The notes beneath the pieces were generated by a model that saw only the letters and a list, made by a program, of their open reading frames with translations, was not told where the DNA came from and ran no database searches. This document shows positions 50,676-59,863 of a stretch of 64,000 bases of DNA, piece by piece (within the stretch, counting starts at the first letter, position 1; each line of letters begins with the position of its first letter). A program made the translations under genes and the position numbers. The DNA is from an uncultured Cytophagales bacterium (GTDB lineage Bacteria; Bacteroidota; Bacteroidia; Cytophagales; Hymenobacteraceae), in contig CAVQDF010000006.1 in NCBI GenBank assembly GCA_963711295.1, positions 111,464 through 175,463 on the forward strand, read 5' to 3'.

Positions 50676-51924
50676 CTATCCCCGCCGCAACTCAAATACC
50701 GTGATTTCGGGCAGGAAGCCCACCCGGCCCGGGTAGCCGAGGAAGCCCAGCCCCGTATTAACGTACAAATGCTGGCGGCCGCGCTGGTAGAGGCCGGCCC
50801 ACTGCTTGTAGGCGTACTGCACGGGGCTCCATTTGAGAAACGACAGGTTCACGCCGAACTGCATGCCGTGGGTGTGGCCGGCCAGCATCAGGTCGATGTC
50901 TTCGTACTGGTGGACCTGGGCATCCCAGTGCGAGGGGTCGTGGGAGAGCAGGACTTTGAACGGCGTGGTGGGGTCGGCGGCGGCGTGGGCCTTGGCCAGG
51001 TTGCCGTACTGGGCGAATCCCTTGGCGCCCCAGTTCTGCACCCCGATAATGCTGATTTTCTCGCCGTTGTGCTCTACCGTACGGGCCTCATCAAGCAGCA
51101 GTTCCCAGCCGATTTTGGCGTGGTTGGCTTTAATGCGGGCCAGATTGGCTTCTTTGGCTACCTGCCCGCCTTCCTTGCTCCAGTCCACGTAGTCGGAGTA
51201 ATCGTGGTTGCCCAGGATGGAGTAGATGGGCCGCGCCGAGCGGATGCCGGCCAGCGTATCGATGTGCTCCTCCACCTCGGTGGCGTAGTTGTTCACCAGG
51301 TCGCCGGTCATGAACACCAGGTCGGCGGCTTGCTCGTTGATGAGGGCCACGGCCCGGCGCAGCGGCTCCTTGCTCTGGAACGAGCCGGTGTGCAGATCCG
51401 AAATCTGCAGCATCCGGAAGCCGTCGAACGAGGCCGGCAGGTTGGGGAAGCGCAGCGTCACGCGCTTCACGGTGTAGTCGGTGCTGCCTTTAAGCATACC
51501 CCAAAGCAACGCCACGAACGGCACGGCCCCCGCCACCAGGGCCACCTTACTCAGGAACTCACTGCGCGAAATGGCCGTGCCCGAACCGCTGCCGCTGGGC
51601 CGCCCGATCAGCCGGGCTCGCCCAGCGGCCCACGCGCACCACGTCTTCGAGCAGCAGCGGAATGATGACGACCATTTTGGCGGCAATAACGGCCAGCAGC
51701 AGTCCGCCCAGGTAGGATTTGTAGGAAGCGTGGGCGCGGCGGTTGCTCATGGCCCAGATGCCCAGGCCCCACACCAGGGCCGTTACGAGCCAGTATAATA
51801 CTACGGTGGCGCGCCGGGCCCCGGGCGATACGCCCTGCACCAGCGTGCGGACGGCTTGAAACGCATACCATTCGGCGGCTGCCACGACCACCAGGAAAAA
51901 AGGCAAAAACAGACTTCTGGACAT
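50676..51924 (-). CDS. Membrane-anchored metallophosphoesterase (YkuE-like), frameshift near 51620
   Basis: SDLH, TGDLVN, GNHDY, LLSHDP, GHTHGMQ. Confidence 0.88.
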
Positions 51925-52038
51925 ACAAAGAGAAACGACCCCAAACGGGGCAGACAATAACAAGCAAATGAGGTACAGGGGGCAGACGTGCCGCCCCGGT
52001 TTTTATTTTAAATTCCGGGCCTACAACAACGATGCCCC

Positions 52039-52800
52039 ATGGAAGAGTTTGACAATCTGACGGAAAACGACCCCGAAAAACTTTCGCAGCCTGCGCCCGC
52101 GCCCTACGCTGCGCCCATCAGTTTCGGCATCAAGAGCTGGGCCGAAGAGGACCGGCCCCGCGAAAAGCTGCTCCAGAAGGGCCGGGCGGCGCTTTCCGAT
52201 GCCGAGCTGCTGGCCATTCTGCTCGGTTCGGGTACCGCCAGGCTTTCGGCCGTCGATGTGGCCAAGCTCGTGCTCAAAGCCGCCCAGAACGACCTCAATA
52301 CCCTGGCCCGGTTCTCGGTGAAGGAGCTCATGAAGCAGAAAGGCATTGGCGAGGCCCGGGCCATTACCATTGTGGCGGCCCTGGAGCTGGGCCGCCGCCG
52401 CCGCGAGGCCGATGCCCCCGCCCGGCCCACCATCACGGGCTCGCGCGATATTTACCGCGTGGTGCAGCCCTACCTGCAGGATTTGCCCCACGAGGAGTTC
52501 TGGGTAATTTTGCTCAACCGGGCCAACGTCGTGATGCGGGTCGTGAGCATCAGCCGGGGCGGGGTGGCCGGTACCGTGGCCGACCCCAAGCTGATTTTCA
52601 AGGAGGCGCTGGAGCAACTGGCCAGCAGCATTATTCTCATCCATAACCACCCCAGCGGCAACCGCAACCCCTCGGCCGCCGATATTGCCCTCACCCGCAA
52701 GCTCAAGGAGGCCGGCCAGTTCCTCGACCTGCCCATCCTCGACCACCTCATCTACACCGACCAGGGCTACCACAGCTTCGCCGATGAGGGGATGCTTTGA
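52039..52800 (+). CDS. radC: RadC (JAB domain) protein
   Basis: DRPREKL, LSDAELLAILLGSG, KGIGEA, HNHPSG, ILDHLI. Confidence 0.93.
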   Translation: MEEFDNLTENDPEKLSQPAPAPYAAPISFGIKSWAEEDRPREKLLQKGRAALSDAELLAILLGSGTARLSAVDVAKLVLKAAQNDLNTLARFSVKELMKQKGIGEARAITIVAALELGRRRREADAPARPTITGSRDIYRVVQPYLQDLPHEEFWVILLNRANVVMRVVSISRGGVAGTVADPKLIFKEALEQLASSIILIHNHPSGNRNPSAADIALTRKLKEAGQFLDLPILDHLIYTDQGYHSFADEGML

Positions 52801-52801
52801 T

Positions 52802-52956
52802 TCAATTAAGAATTAGAATTAAGAATTAAGAATTGCCGGGCAGGGTGCATCTTTGTTGAAAGAGCACTGGGTGGAGCATAATGCCATGTTGCCTACCCTT
52901 GCCTGAATCTGGCTGAGAGGCTCAATTCTTAATTCTCACTTGTAATTCTTAATTGA
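52802..52956. repeat. Inverted heptamer arrays (TAAGAAT)n ... (ATTCTTA)n
   Basis: TCAATTAAGAATTAGAATTAAGAATTAAGAATTG ... CAATTCTTAATTCTCACTTGTAATTCTTAATTGA. Confidence 0.85.
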
Positions 52957-52962
52957 CTAAAA

Positions 52963-53577
52963 GTGCGTCTGAATCCTAAACTGCTTATTGGCCTGGGCCT
53001 GCTGCTCGTGTTTGGCTACTTTCTGCAAGACCTCGTGCTGGGCCAGGACCAGTACGCGGCCCTGCTCGGCAAAGCCCGTACTGCCAAAACCATGGCCTTT
53101 CGCCGCCCCGAAAGCTCGCCCCTGAGCGCCGACCAGCGCCAGACCTTCGACAGCCTCAAGTTCTATCCGCCTGACCGCGACTACCGCCTGGAGGCTCAGT
53201 TGGAGCACTTTTCGGCGCGCGATACCGTAGAAATGCCCCTCACCGACGGCAAAACCGATAAGTACCTACGTTGGGGCCGGGCCAAGTTCCTGTTCGATAA
53301 GCAGGAGTATCAGCTCACACTGTTTCTGAAGGCCGATGGCAAAGACACGACCCTGTTCGTACCCTTCACCGACCGCACCAACGGCTTCGGCAGCTACGGT
53401 GGCGGCCGCTACCTCGATGCCCCCCTGCCCGCCGCCGGCGACACCGAAGTGCTACTCGACTTCAACGAGGCCTACAACCCCTACTGCGCCTACTCCGACG
53501 GCTATGCCTGCCCCGTCCCGCCCGCCGATAACCGCCTCAAGCTACAGGTCGAAGCCGGCGAGAAGGCGTATAAGTAG
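52963..53577 (+). CDS. DUF1684 domain protein
   Basis: LFVPFTDRTNG..SYGGGRYLD, LDFNEAYNPYCAY...CPVPP..NRL...VEAGEK. Confidence 0.9.
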   Translation: MRLNPKLLIGLGLLLVFGYFLQDLVLGQDQYAALLGKARTAKTMAFRRPESSPLSADQRQTFDSLKFYPPDRDYRLEAQLEHFSARDTVEMPLTDGKTDKYLRWGRAKFLFDKQEYQLTLFLKADGKDTTLFVPFTDRTNGFGSYGGGRYLDAPLPAAGDTEVLLDFNEAYNPYCAYSDGYACPVPPADNRLKLQVEAGEKAYK

Positions 53578-53580
53578 GTT

Positions 53581-53756
53581 TTTTGGAGCTTTTAGCTGAT
53601 AGCTGATTAGCTGTTAGCTCCCCTGTTCTTGAGTAGTAACGACACGAAAAAGGCGGCCCCTCCGATTTGGAAGGGCCGCCTTTTTTTTTGCGCGTGCTTG
53701 AATTCAGGAAGAACAGAAAGCTGACAGCTATCAGCTAAAAGCTAACAGCTCCAAAA
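53581..53756. repeat. Inverted heptamer arrays (TTAGCTG)n ... (CAGCTAA)n enclosing a bidirectional terminator
   Basis: TTTTGGAGCTTTTAGCTGATAGCTGATTAGCTGTTAGCT ... AGCTGACAGCTATCAGCTAAAAGCTAACAGCTCCAAAA; central AAAAAGGCGGCCC...GGGCCGCCTTTTT. Confidence 0.85.
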
Positions 53757-53759
53757 GTC

Positions 53760-56225
53760 CTACCGCTGCACCTGGATTTTGCGGGTGGCGGCGTCGGCGC
53801 CGTTGCCCAGGCTGAGCTGGTAAAGGCCGTTGGCCAGCTGGCTCAGGTCAACCGGTAGGTCAAGGGTAGTAGCGGTGGGCACGGCCTGGCGGTATACCAC
53901 CTGGCCGAGCATGTTGCGCACGAGCACTTCGAGGCCGCTGGTGGGCCGCACGAAGTTGGCCCGCACCCGGAACTGACCGGCCGAAGGGTTGGGGTACACC
54001 TGCAGGCCGCCGGTGGCTTGCAGCTCCGAGGCCACGCCCGTTACCACGGTGCGGATGTTGAGGTTATCGATGGCCCAACCCCAGCCGTAAGCCCCGGGGT
54101 CGGAGGTCAGGCGGAAGCGCAGCCGCACCTCATCGCCCTGGGCAAACTTATCGGCCAGGTTGAAGGAGTGGTTGGCGTACAGGCTCGGGGCCGGCAGGGC
54201 CGTCGAGTTGCCTTCCGCCGTCACCCGGCTGTTCCAGGTGGCGAGCCAGTCGGCCTGAAAACGCGAGTCGTAGCCGTCGGCCAGGGGTTTCCAGGTAACG
54301 CCCTTGTCGCTGCTGCCCTCTACTACCACATAGTCGTAGAAATCGGGGGTGCCGAACACGCTGTTGGGCTCGCCGGGCTCCACGAGCACGATTTCATCGA
54401 AGCTCATCACCTGGTTTTTGCTCGTGAGCGTGATGGGTACCAGCATCTGGTAAATGAGCGAGGAGTCGTTGCCGTAGGGGTGGTCGGAGTGAATGGCGGG
54501 GTTAGCGAACGTAGACGGCTGCATGATGCTGAAGCCTTCGCCCACAAAGTCGATGGGGCCGCCGGTGGTGTTGAAGTTGTTGGCGTAGCTGGCCTGAGCC
54601 GCCTTGAAACTCACCACATTCACGGTGTATAAACCGGTGGCGGGGCTCAGGGTCTGGTTGGCTACGGTGGCAATGTCGCGCGTGACGAGGCGGTAGGTAA
54701 TCACGTCGCCGGCAACGGCACCCGTGGCCGTCAGGGAGCCCAGGTACGTGTTGGTCGTGCCCTGGCGGGTGAGCGTAATGGTGGGCTTGGCCACGCCATT
54801 TACGAAAATTTCGGCCCGCACGCTGCCTATGCCCAGGTTGTCGGTGGCCTGCACCCGCAGAGTCAGCGGTAGCTTATCGACGAACACGTAATTGGGGGCG
54901 CGGTATTGCACGAGCGGAGCCACCACGTCGGGCCCGACAAAGAACGAGTAGCGGGCCACCGTGGCTACGCCCGGCTGGTACGTGGCCGGGGCGGAGTAGA
55001 TGCGCCTGGTTTCGTTGTCGGAAGCCGTGATGAAGTAGCTGATTTTGTGGTTGAGGCCCGGATTCGGAATAACGCCCCGGTACTCGTTGCCGTTGGTGTT
55101 GGTCATGACCACGGTTACCGGCGCGGCGTTGTCGATGGAGTAGTTGAGCTTCACCGAGCCGGGCGTAATCGTGCCGTCGCTCACGACGGTTGCCGTAACG
55201 GGAAAGTCCTGGGCCACTTCCGAGTCGGTGAGTGGGGTGGTGCGGATGGCGGTGTTAAACCAGCCCATCTCGTCGAACATGCGCAGCGTGAGAGGGCCGG
55301 GATTATGCATGGCCTCGGCCGCCCCAATCTGGGGCGTCATCAGCGAGTTGATGTTGCCGGCCGGATAAGTGGCCTCGTTGAGGTGCGAAATGCTCGAACC
55401 CGCAGAATACGTGGTCGGGGCATAAAGGCGGGGGCGCTGGTCGTTGTTGACGGCCCGGGCCAGCGGGCTGTTGAAGTACAGCTGGTTGCTCACCAGCTGG
55501 CTGCCCAGCGCGGCCGAGCCGTTGGGAAAGGCCGGGTTGTTGACCAGCGGCTCGCCGGCCAGGTTCTCGATGTAGGTGCTGAAAATAAGTGGCGTGGGGC
55601 GGTACGAGCCGTTGGGGGCGGTATAATCGGTGCCGGCAATAAAGCCCAGGCCGTGGCCCAGCTCGTGGAGCACGACCGTTACCAGGTCGTACTTACCGGC
55701 TGGTACCACGCCGTCGAGGCCGTAGTACCAGTTGAAGGTGCTGTTAAAACGGGCGCTGATGTCGGCCTCATTGGAGGGGTTAAGCTCCTGGCCGCTGATT
55801 TTCTCGGCCAGCGCCACCGGATAAAGCACTCCGTTGCGGGTGGCCCCGCTCAGGTCCTGGTAATAGGCCGTGGCCCCGGCCGAGCCTAGGGTGCCTGTGG
55901 CCAGCGTCGTCCAGGTAGCCTGCACCCGGATGGTGACGGGCGAAATCAGCAGCGTCTGCCAGATATCGACAGCGTGCTGGAACGCGGCCTGGGCCTCGGG
56001 CGAGAAACCGGTGTAGGTTACCTCGATTCTGGCGGCGGCCGTCCGGTTGCCGTCGCGCTGCCGTTCGAGGTAGGCGGCAGGCAGCGGCAGCTGGGTGTGC
56101 ATACTCTCGGGGCGGGAGTAGCAGACGGTAGCCGGGGCCGGGGTAGTGCTGCGCACGAATTTCTGCGCTTGGCTGGCGGTGGCTCCGGCCAGCAGCAGGG
56201 CTGGCAATAGGAGTAGCTTTTTCAT
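53760..56225 (-). CDS. T9SS-secreted zinc metalloprotease-like protein
   Basis: Signal peptide; VLHELGHGLGF, SSISHL, LMTP; C-terminal YPNPS...GLY sorting domain. Confidence 0.85.
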   Translation of the reverse strand: MKKLLLLPALLLAGATASQAQKFVRSTTPAPATVCYSRPESMHTQLPLPAAYLERQRDGNRTAAARIEVTYTGFSPEAQAAFQHAVDIWQTLLISPVTIRVQATWTTLATGTLGSAGATAYYQDLSGATRNGVLYPVALAEKISGQELNPSNEADISARFNSTFNWYYGLDGVVPAGKYDLVTVVLHELGHGLGFIAGTDYTAPNGSYRPTPLIFSTYIENLAGEPLVNNPAFPNGSAALGSQLVSNQLYFNSPLARAVNNDQRPRLYAPTTYSAGSSISHLNEATYPAGNINSLMTPQIGAAEAMHNPGPLTLRMFDEMGWFNTAIRTTPLTDSEVAQDFPVTATVVSDGTITPGSVKLNYSIDNAAPVTVVMTNTNGNEYRGVIPNPGLNHKISYFITASDNETRRIYSAPATYQPGVATVARYSFFVGPDVVAPLVQYRAPNYVFVDKLPLTLRVQATDNLGIGSVRAEIFVNGVAKPTITLTRQGTTNTYLGSLTATGAVAGDVITYRLVTRDIATVANQTLSPATGLYTVNVVSFKAAQASYANNFNTTGGPIDFVGEGFSIMQPSTFANPAIHSDHPYGNDSSLIYQMLVPITLTSKNQVMSFDEIVLVEPGEPNSVFGTPDFYDYVVVEGSSDKGVTWKPLADGYDSRFQADWLATWNSRVTAEGNSTALPAPSLYANHSFNLADKFAQGDEVRLRFRLTSDPGAYGWGWAIDNLNIRTVVTGVASELQATGGLQVYPNPSAGQFRVRANFVRPTSGLEVLVRNMLGQVVYRQAVPTATTLDLPVDLSQLANGLYQLSLGNGADAATRKIQVQR

Positions 56226-56361
56226 CAAATGCGGCGAAAAAAAATAGTGTTCATAGAAGGGAGGAGGCTTGAAAGTTACGGGATTACCCGCGTTTCCCCA
56301 AGTGCAGCAGGTCGCTTTTCGACCCGGATGATGGCCGTTTTCAGCCACCCGCCCGAATCCG

Positions 56362-56369
56362 TACCTTTG
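56362..56369 (+). promoter_or_regulatory. Bacteroidota sigma-A -7 element for pheT
   Basis: TACCTTTG, matching TAnnTTTG. Confidence 0.6.
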
Positions 56370-56375
56370 CCCGGA

Positions 56376-56476
56376 TTCAGTTATCAGTTTTCGGTTGTCA
56401 GGTTGTTTTACCAACAATAATTGGCAACTGGCAGCTGAACACTGACAGCTGAACACTGAAAATTGACAACTGAAAA
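56376..56476. repeat. Inverted heptamer arrays in the pheT 5' UTR
   Basis: TTCAGTTATCAGTTTTCGGTTGTCAG ... GCAACTGGCAGCTGAACACTGACAGCTGAACACTGAAAATTGACAACTGAA. Confidence 0.8.
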
Positions 56477-58933
56477 ATGAAAATATCCTTCGACTGGCTC
56501 CAAACGCTTATCCCAACCGATAAATCCGCCGCCGAAATCGGGCAGCTGCTCACCGGCTCGGGGCTGGAAGTGGAAGGCATTGAGGAGCTCGAGAGCGTGC
56601 CCGGTGGCCTGCGCGGCCTCGTCGTGGGCACCGTGCTCACCTGCGAAAAGCACCCCGACGCCGATAAGCTCAACCTCACCACCGTAGACGTGGGCGACGG
56701 CACTCCCCGCCAGATTGTGTGCGGGGCTTCCAACGTGGCCGCCGGCCAGCGCGTGGTGGTGGCCCTGGAAGGGGCCGTGCTGCACCCCAGCAGCGGCGAG
56801 CCGTTCAAAATCAAGAAGTCCAAAATCCGGGGCGTGGCCTCCGAAGGCATGATCTGCGCCGAAGACGAAATCGGCCTGGGCCAGTCGCACGACGGCATTA
56901 TGGTGCTCGATACCGACCAGCCCAACGGCACGCCCGCCGCCGCTTACTTCGGCCTGGGCTCCGATTCGGTGTTCGAAATCGGCCTGACCCCGAACCGGGC
57001 CGACGCGGCCTCGCACTACGGGGTAGCCCGCGAGCTGCGCGCGTTGCTGCGCCAGCCCTGCCAGCTGCCCGAGCTCAATGGCTTCCACGCACCCGCCGAA
57101 GCTGCCCGCAACATCCAAGTAACGCTGGAAGACGCCGCTGCCGCCCCGCGCTACGCCGGGCTGCTGCTGGAGAATGTGAAAGTCGGCCCCTCGCCCGAGT
57201 GGCTCCAGCGCCGCCTGCGCAGCATCGGCCTGGCGCCCATCAACAACGTGGTCGACGTTACCAACTTCGTGCTCCATGAGCTGGGCCAGCCCCTGCACGC
57301 CTTCGACGCCGACCAGCTGGCCGGCGGCCATATTCGGGTGAAGCGGGCCGAAGCCGGCGAAAAATTCGTTACCCTCGATGGGCTGGAGCGCACCCTACGC
57401 GCCGAAGACCTGGTGATTGCCGATGGCAACGGCACGCCGCTGGCCCTGGCCGGCGTGTTCGGGGGCAAAACCTCGGGCGTGAGCGAGGGTACCACCCGGG
57501 TGTTCCTGGAAAGCGCCTATTTCCAGCCCGCCGTGGTGCGCAAGACCGCCCAGACCCACCAGCTCAAAACCGACGCCTCTTTCCGCTTTGAGCGCGGCAC
57601 CGACCCCCACATGGTATTGCCAGGCCTCAAGCGCGCAGCGCTGCTGCTCCAGGAAGTGGCCGGCGCCACCGTGGCCGCGCCCATCGTCGATGAGTACCCG
57701 ACACCCATCGGCCACACCGCCGTGCGCCTGCGCCTGGCCCGCGTCGAGAAGCTCGTCGGCCAGTTTATCGCCCCCGAGCGCATCCGCCAGATTTTGACGG
57801 ACCTCGACATCCTGATTTCCGAGGAGCTGACTGACGACCAACCAACAACCAACAACCAACAACCAGCAACTACCTGGATTCTATCGGTGCCGCCCCACAA
57901 GGTCGACGTGACCCGGGAGGCCGATGTGATTGAGGAGATTCTGCGCATTTATGGCTACAACCACGTGGCGCTGCGGCCTCACAACTCGGCCTCCTTCCTG
58001 GCCCGGTTCCCGAACCCCGACCCCGAAATCATCCGCCAGAATGTGGCCCGGCTGCTGAGCGGGCAGGGTTTTTCGGAAATCATCACCAACTCGATTACCA
58101 ACGCCCAGTACTTCGAGCGCGAGGGCGAGCCCAACGCCGAGCTGGTGCATCTGCTCAACTTCAACAGCGCCGAGCTGAACGTGATGCGGCCCAGCCTGCT
58201 GTTCAGCGGCCTCGAAGTGGTGCGCCACAACGTGAATCGCCGCCAGCGCGACCTCAAGCTCTACGAGTTCGGCAAAACCTACCGGCAGCTGCCAAATGGC
58301 AAGTATGAGGAGCAGAACCAACTCGTTGTTTACCTGACCGGCAACTCGGCGGCCGAAACCTGGCAGCAAAAGTCGGCCAAAAGTGCCTTCCATCAGCTGG
58401 CCGGGGCCGTGCAGCAGGTGCTGGCCGCGCTGGGCTTCCCCGAGCCCGCTTCGCAGCCGGTGCAGCACCCTTACCTGGCCGGCGGCCTCACGCTGCTGGC
58501 CCAGAATCAGCCCGTGGCCCAGCTCGGGGCCGTTTCGGGCGCCGTGCTCAAGCGCCTCGATGTAGGCCAGCCCGTCTGGTACGCCGAGCTGAACTGGGAC
58601 TGGCTGATGCGTAAGTACAAAAACAGCCTCGTGGCCCGCGAGCTGCCCAAGTTTCCGGAAGTGCGCCGCGACCTGAGCCTGGTCGTGGACCGCACCGTGA
58701 CTTTCGACCAGCTCCAGCAGATTGCCCGCCGCGCTGAGAAGAAGCTACTGCGCCAGGTGAACGTGTTCGACGTGTACGAAGGCGACAACCTGGGCGAAGG
58801 CAAGAAGTCGTACTCCGTGAGCTTCCTGCTCCAGGACCCTACTCAAACCCTCACCGAGCCGGCCATTGAGCAGGTGATGAACCGCCTCATCCAGCAGTTC
58901 GAGCAGCAGGCCGGAGCCGTTATCCGGCGCTAA
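56477..58933 (+). CDS. pheT: Phenylalanine--tRNA ligase beta subunit
   Basis: MKISFDWL, HPDADKL, IVCGASN, LTPNRAD, FRFERG, EEILRIYGY, FPEVRRDLS. Confidence 0.97.
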   Translation: MKISFDWLQTLIPTDKSAAEIGQLLTGSGLEVEGIEELESVPGGLRGLVVGTVLTCEKHPDADKLNLTTVDVGDGTPRQIVCGASNVAAGQRVVVALEGAVLHPSSGEPFKIKKSKIRGVASEGMICAEDEIGLGQSHDGIMVLDTDQPNGTPAAAYFGLGSDSVFEIGLTPNRADAASHYGVARELRALLRQPCQLPELNGFHAPAEAARNIQVTLEDAAAAPRYAGLLLENVKVGPSPEWLQRRLRSIGLAPINNVVDVTNFVLHELGQPLHAFDADQLAGGHIRVKRAEAGEKFVTLDGLERTLRAEDLVIADGNGTPLALAGVFGGKTSGVSEGTTRVFLESAYFQPAVVRKTAQTHQLKTDASFRFERGTDPHMVLPGLKRAALLLQEVAGATVAAPIVDEYPTPIGHTAVRLRLARVEKLVGQFIAPERIRQILTDLDILISEELTDDQPTTNNQQPATTWILSVPPHKVDVTREADVIEEILRIYGYNHVALRPHNSASFLARFPNPDPEIIRQNVARLLSGQGFSEIITNSITNAQYFEREGEPNAELVHLLNFNSAELNVMRPSLLFSGLEVVRHNVNRRQRDLKLYEFGKTYRQLPNGKYEEQNQLVVYLTGNSAAETWQQKSAKSAFHQLAGAVQQVLAALGFPEPASQPVQHPYLAGGLTLLAQNQPVAQLGAVSGAVLKRLDVGQPVWYAELNWDWLMRKYKNSLVARELPKFPEVRRDLSLVVDRTVTFDQLQQIARRAEKKLLRQVNVFDVYEGDNLGEGKKSYSVSFLLQDPTQTLTEPAIEQVMNRLIQQFEQQAGAVIRR
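57827..57872 (+). repeat. In-frame (CAACAAC)n heptamer array inside pheT
   Basis: TGACGAC CAAC CAACAAC CAACAAC CAACAAC CAGCAAC, translated as TDDQPTTNNQQPAT. Confidence 0.8.
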
Positions 58934-58944
58934 ATTGACGACGA

Positions 58945-59077
58945 GTTGTCAGTTGTTGGTTGGCAGTTGTTAGTTTGCAGCTGGTATTGTAAGATGGCCC
59001 GGCCGCTAGGCGGGGTCTGACAGCTCTGGCAAACGAACCAAATCACGTCTGACAACTGCCAACCAACAACTGACAAC
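58945..59077. repeat. Inverted heptamer arrays after pheT (29-bp arms, 1 mismatch)
   Basis: GTTGTCAGTTGTTGGTTGGCAGTTGTTAG ... CTGACAACTGCCAACCAACAACTGACAAC. Confidence 0.88.
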
Positions 59078-59083
59078 CAAAAA

Positions 59084-59383
59084 ATGGCGTCCACCCAGCA
59101 GCTTGCCCAACTCGACCGCCTGGAGCGGCAGGTAACCACTTTAGTGGCTGCCTATCAGCAGTTGCGCGAGGAACTGGCCGATGCCCAGACTACGGTTGAG
59201 CAGCTCCGGGCCGACGTGCGCGACCGGGAGCGGGAAATCAAGGATTTCCAGAATCAGGAGAATATCACTAAACTTGTCAATACCATAGCCGCCGGAGAAG
59301 CGGCCAATGTCAACGAGCTGAAACTTCGCCTTAACGAATACATCCGCGAAATAGATAAGTGCCTTGCCTATTTGAGGGAGTAA
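59084..59383 (+). CDS. Coiled-coil protein upstream of zapA (ZapB-like position)
   Basis: Heptad-rich; C-terminal LNEYIREIDKCLAYL typical of this Bacteroidota locus. Confidence 0.8.
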   Translation: MASTQQLAQLDRLERQVTTLVAAYQQLREELADAQTTVEQLRADVRDREREIKDFQNQENITKLVNTIAAGEAANVNELKLRLNEYIREIDKCLAYLRE

Positions 59384-59422
59384 CCACCACCCAAACCGCC
59401 CCACTACCGCTAGAACCCACTG

Positions 59423-59713
59423 ATGTCTGATCTTTCAATTAAAATCCGCATCGCCGACCGGGATTACCCCATGAAGGTAAGCCCCCAGGACGAAGAGCGC
59501 CTCCGCCTCGCGGGACGGTTGCTCAGCGAGCGGCTGAAAGAATTTCGGGACCAGTACGGCATTCACGACAAGCAGGATCTGCTGGCCATGATTGCCTTAT
59601 CGACGATGGCTGACCGCCTCAAGGTCAGCACGGAAAAGGATGGAACCGATGCGGCCCTGACCGAGCGCCTGGCGCGCCTGGACAAGCTGCTGTCGGGTAC
59701 GGTGTTGGTCTGA
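59423..59713 (+). CDS. zapA: Cell division protein ZapA
   Basis: IKIRIADRDYPMKV, EERLRLA, DKQDLLAMIAL. Confidence 0.88.
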   Translation: MSDLSIKIRIADRDYPMKVSPQDEERLRLAGRLLSERLKEFRDQYGIHDKQDLLAMIALSTMADRLKVSTEKDGTDAALTERLARLDKLLSGTVLV

Positions 59714-59863
59714 TCCCGCTGCTGCTGCAGCAGCGGGGCCGATTCGGCGCGAAGTAACAGCCCGAAGCGGGGCAGGGCAAACGGCCCGGCCACCGCGCGG
59801 GCATTTGGCGTTTCTGCCAGGCTATGGGTTTCTTTCCCCTTCTACATAACCCCCCATAAGCTC

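Noticed and set aside
52039-52800. radC as a marker of a mobile element
   Set aside because: It is the full-length chromosomal type with host GC content and housekeeping neighbours.
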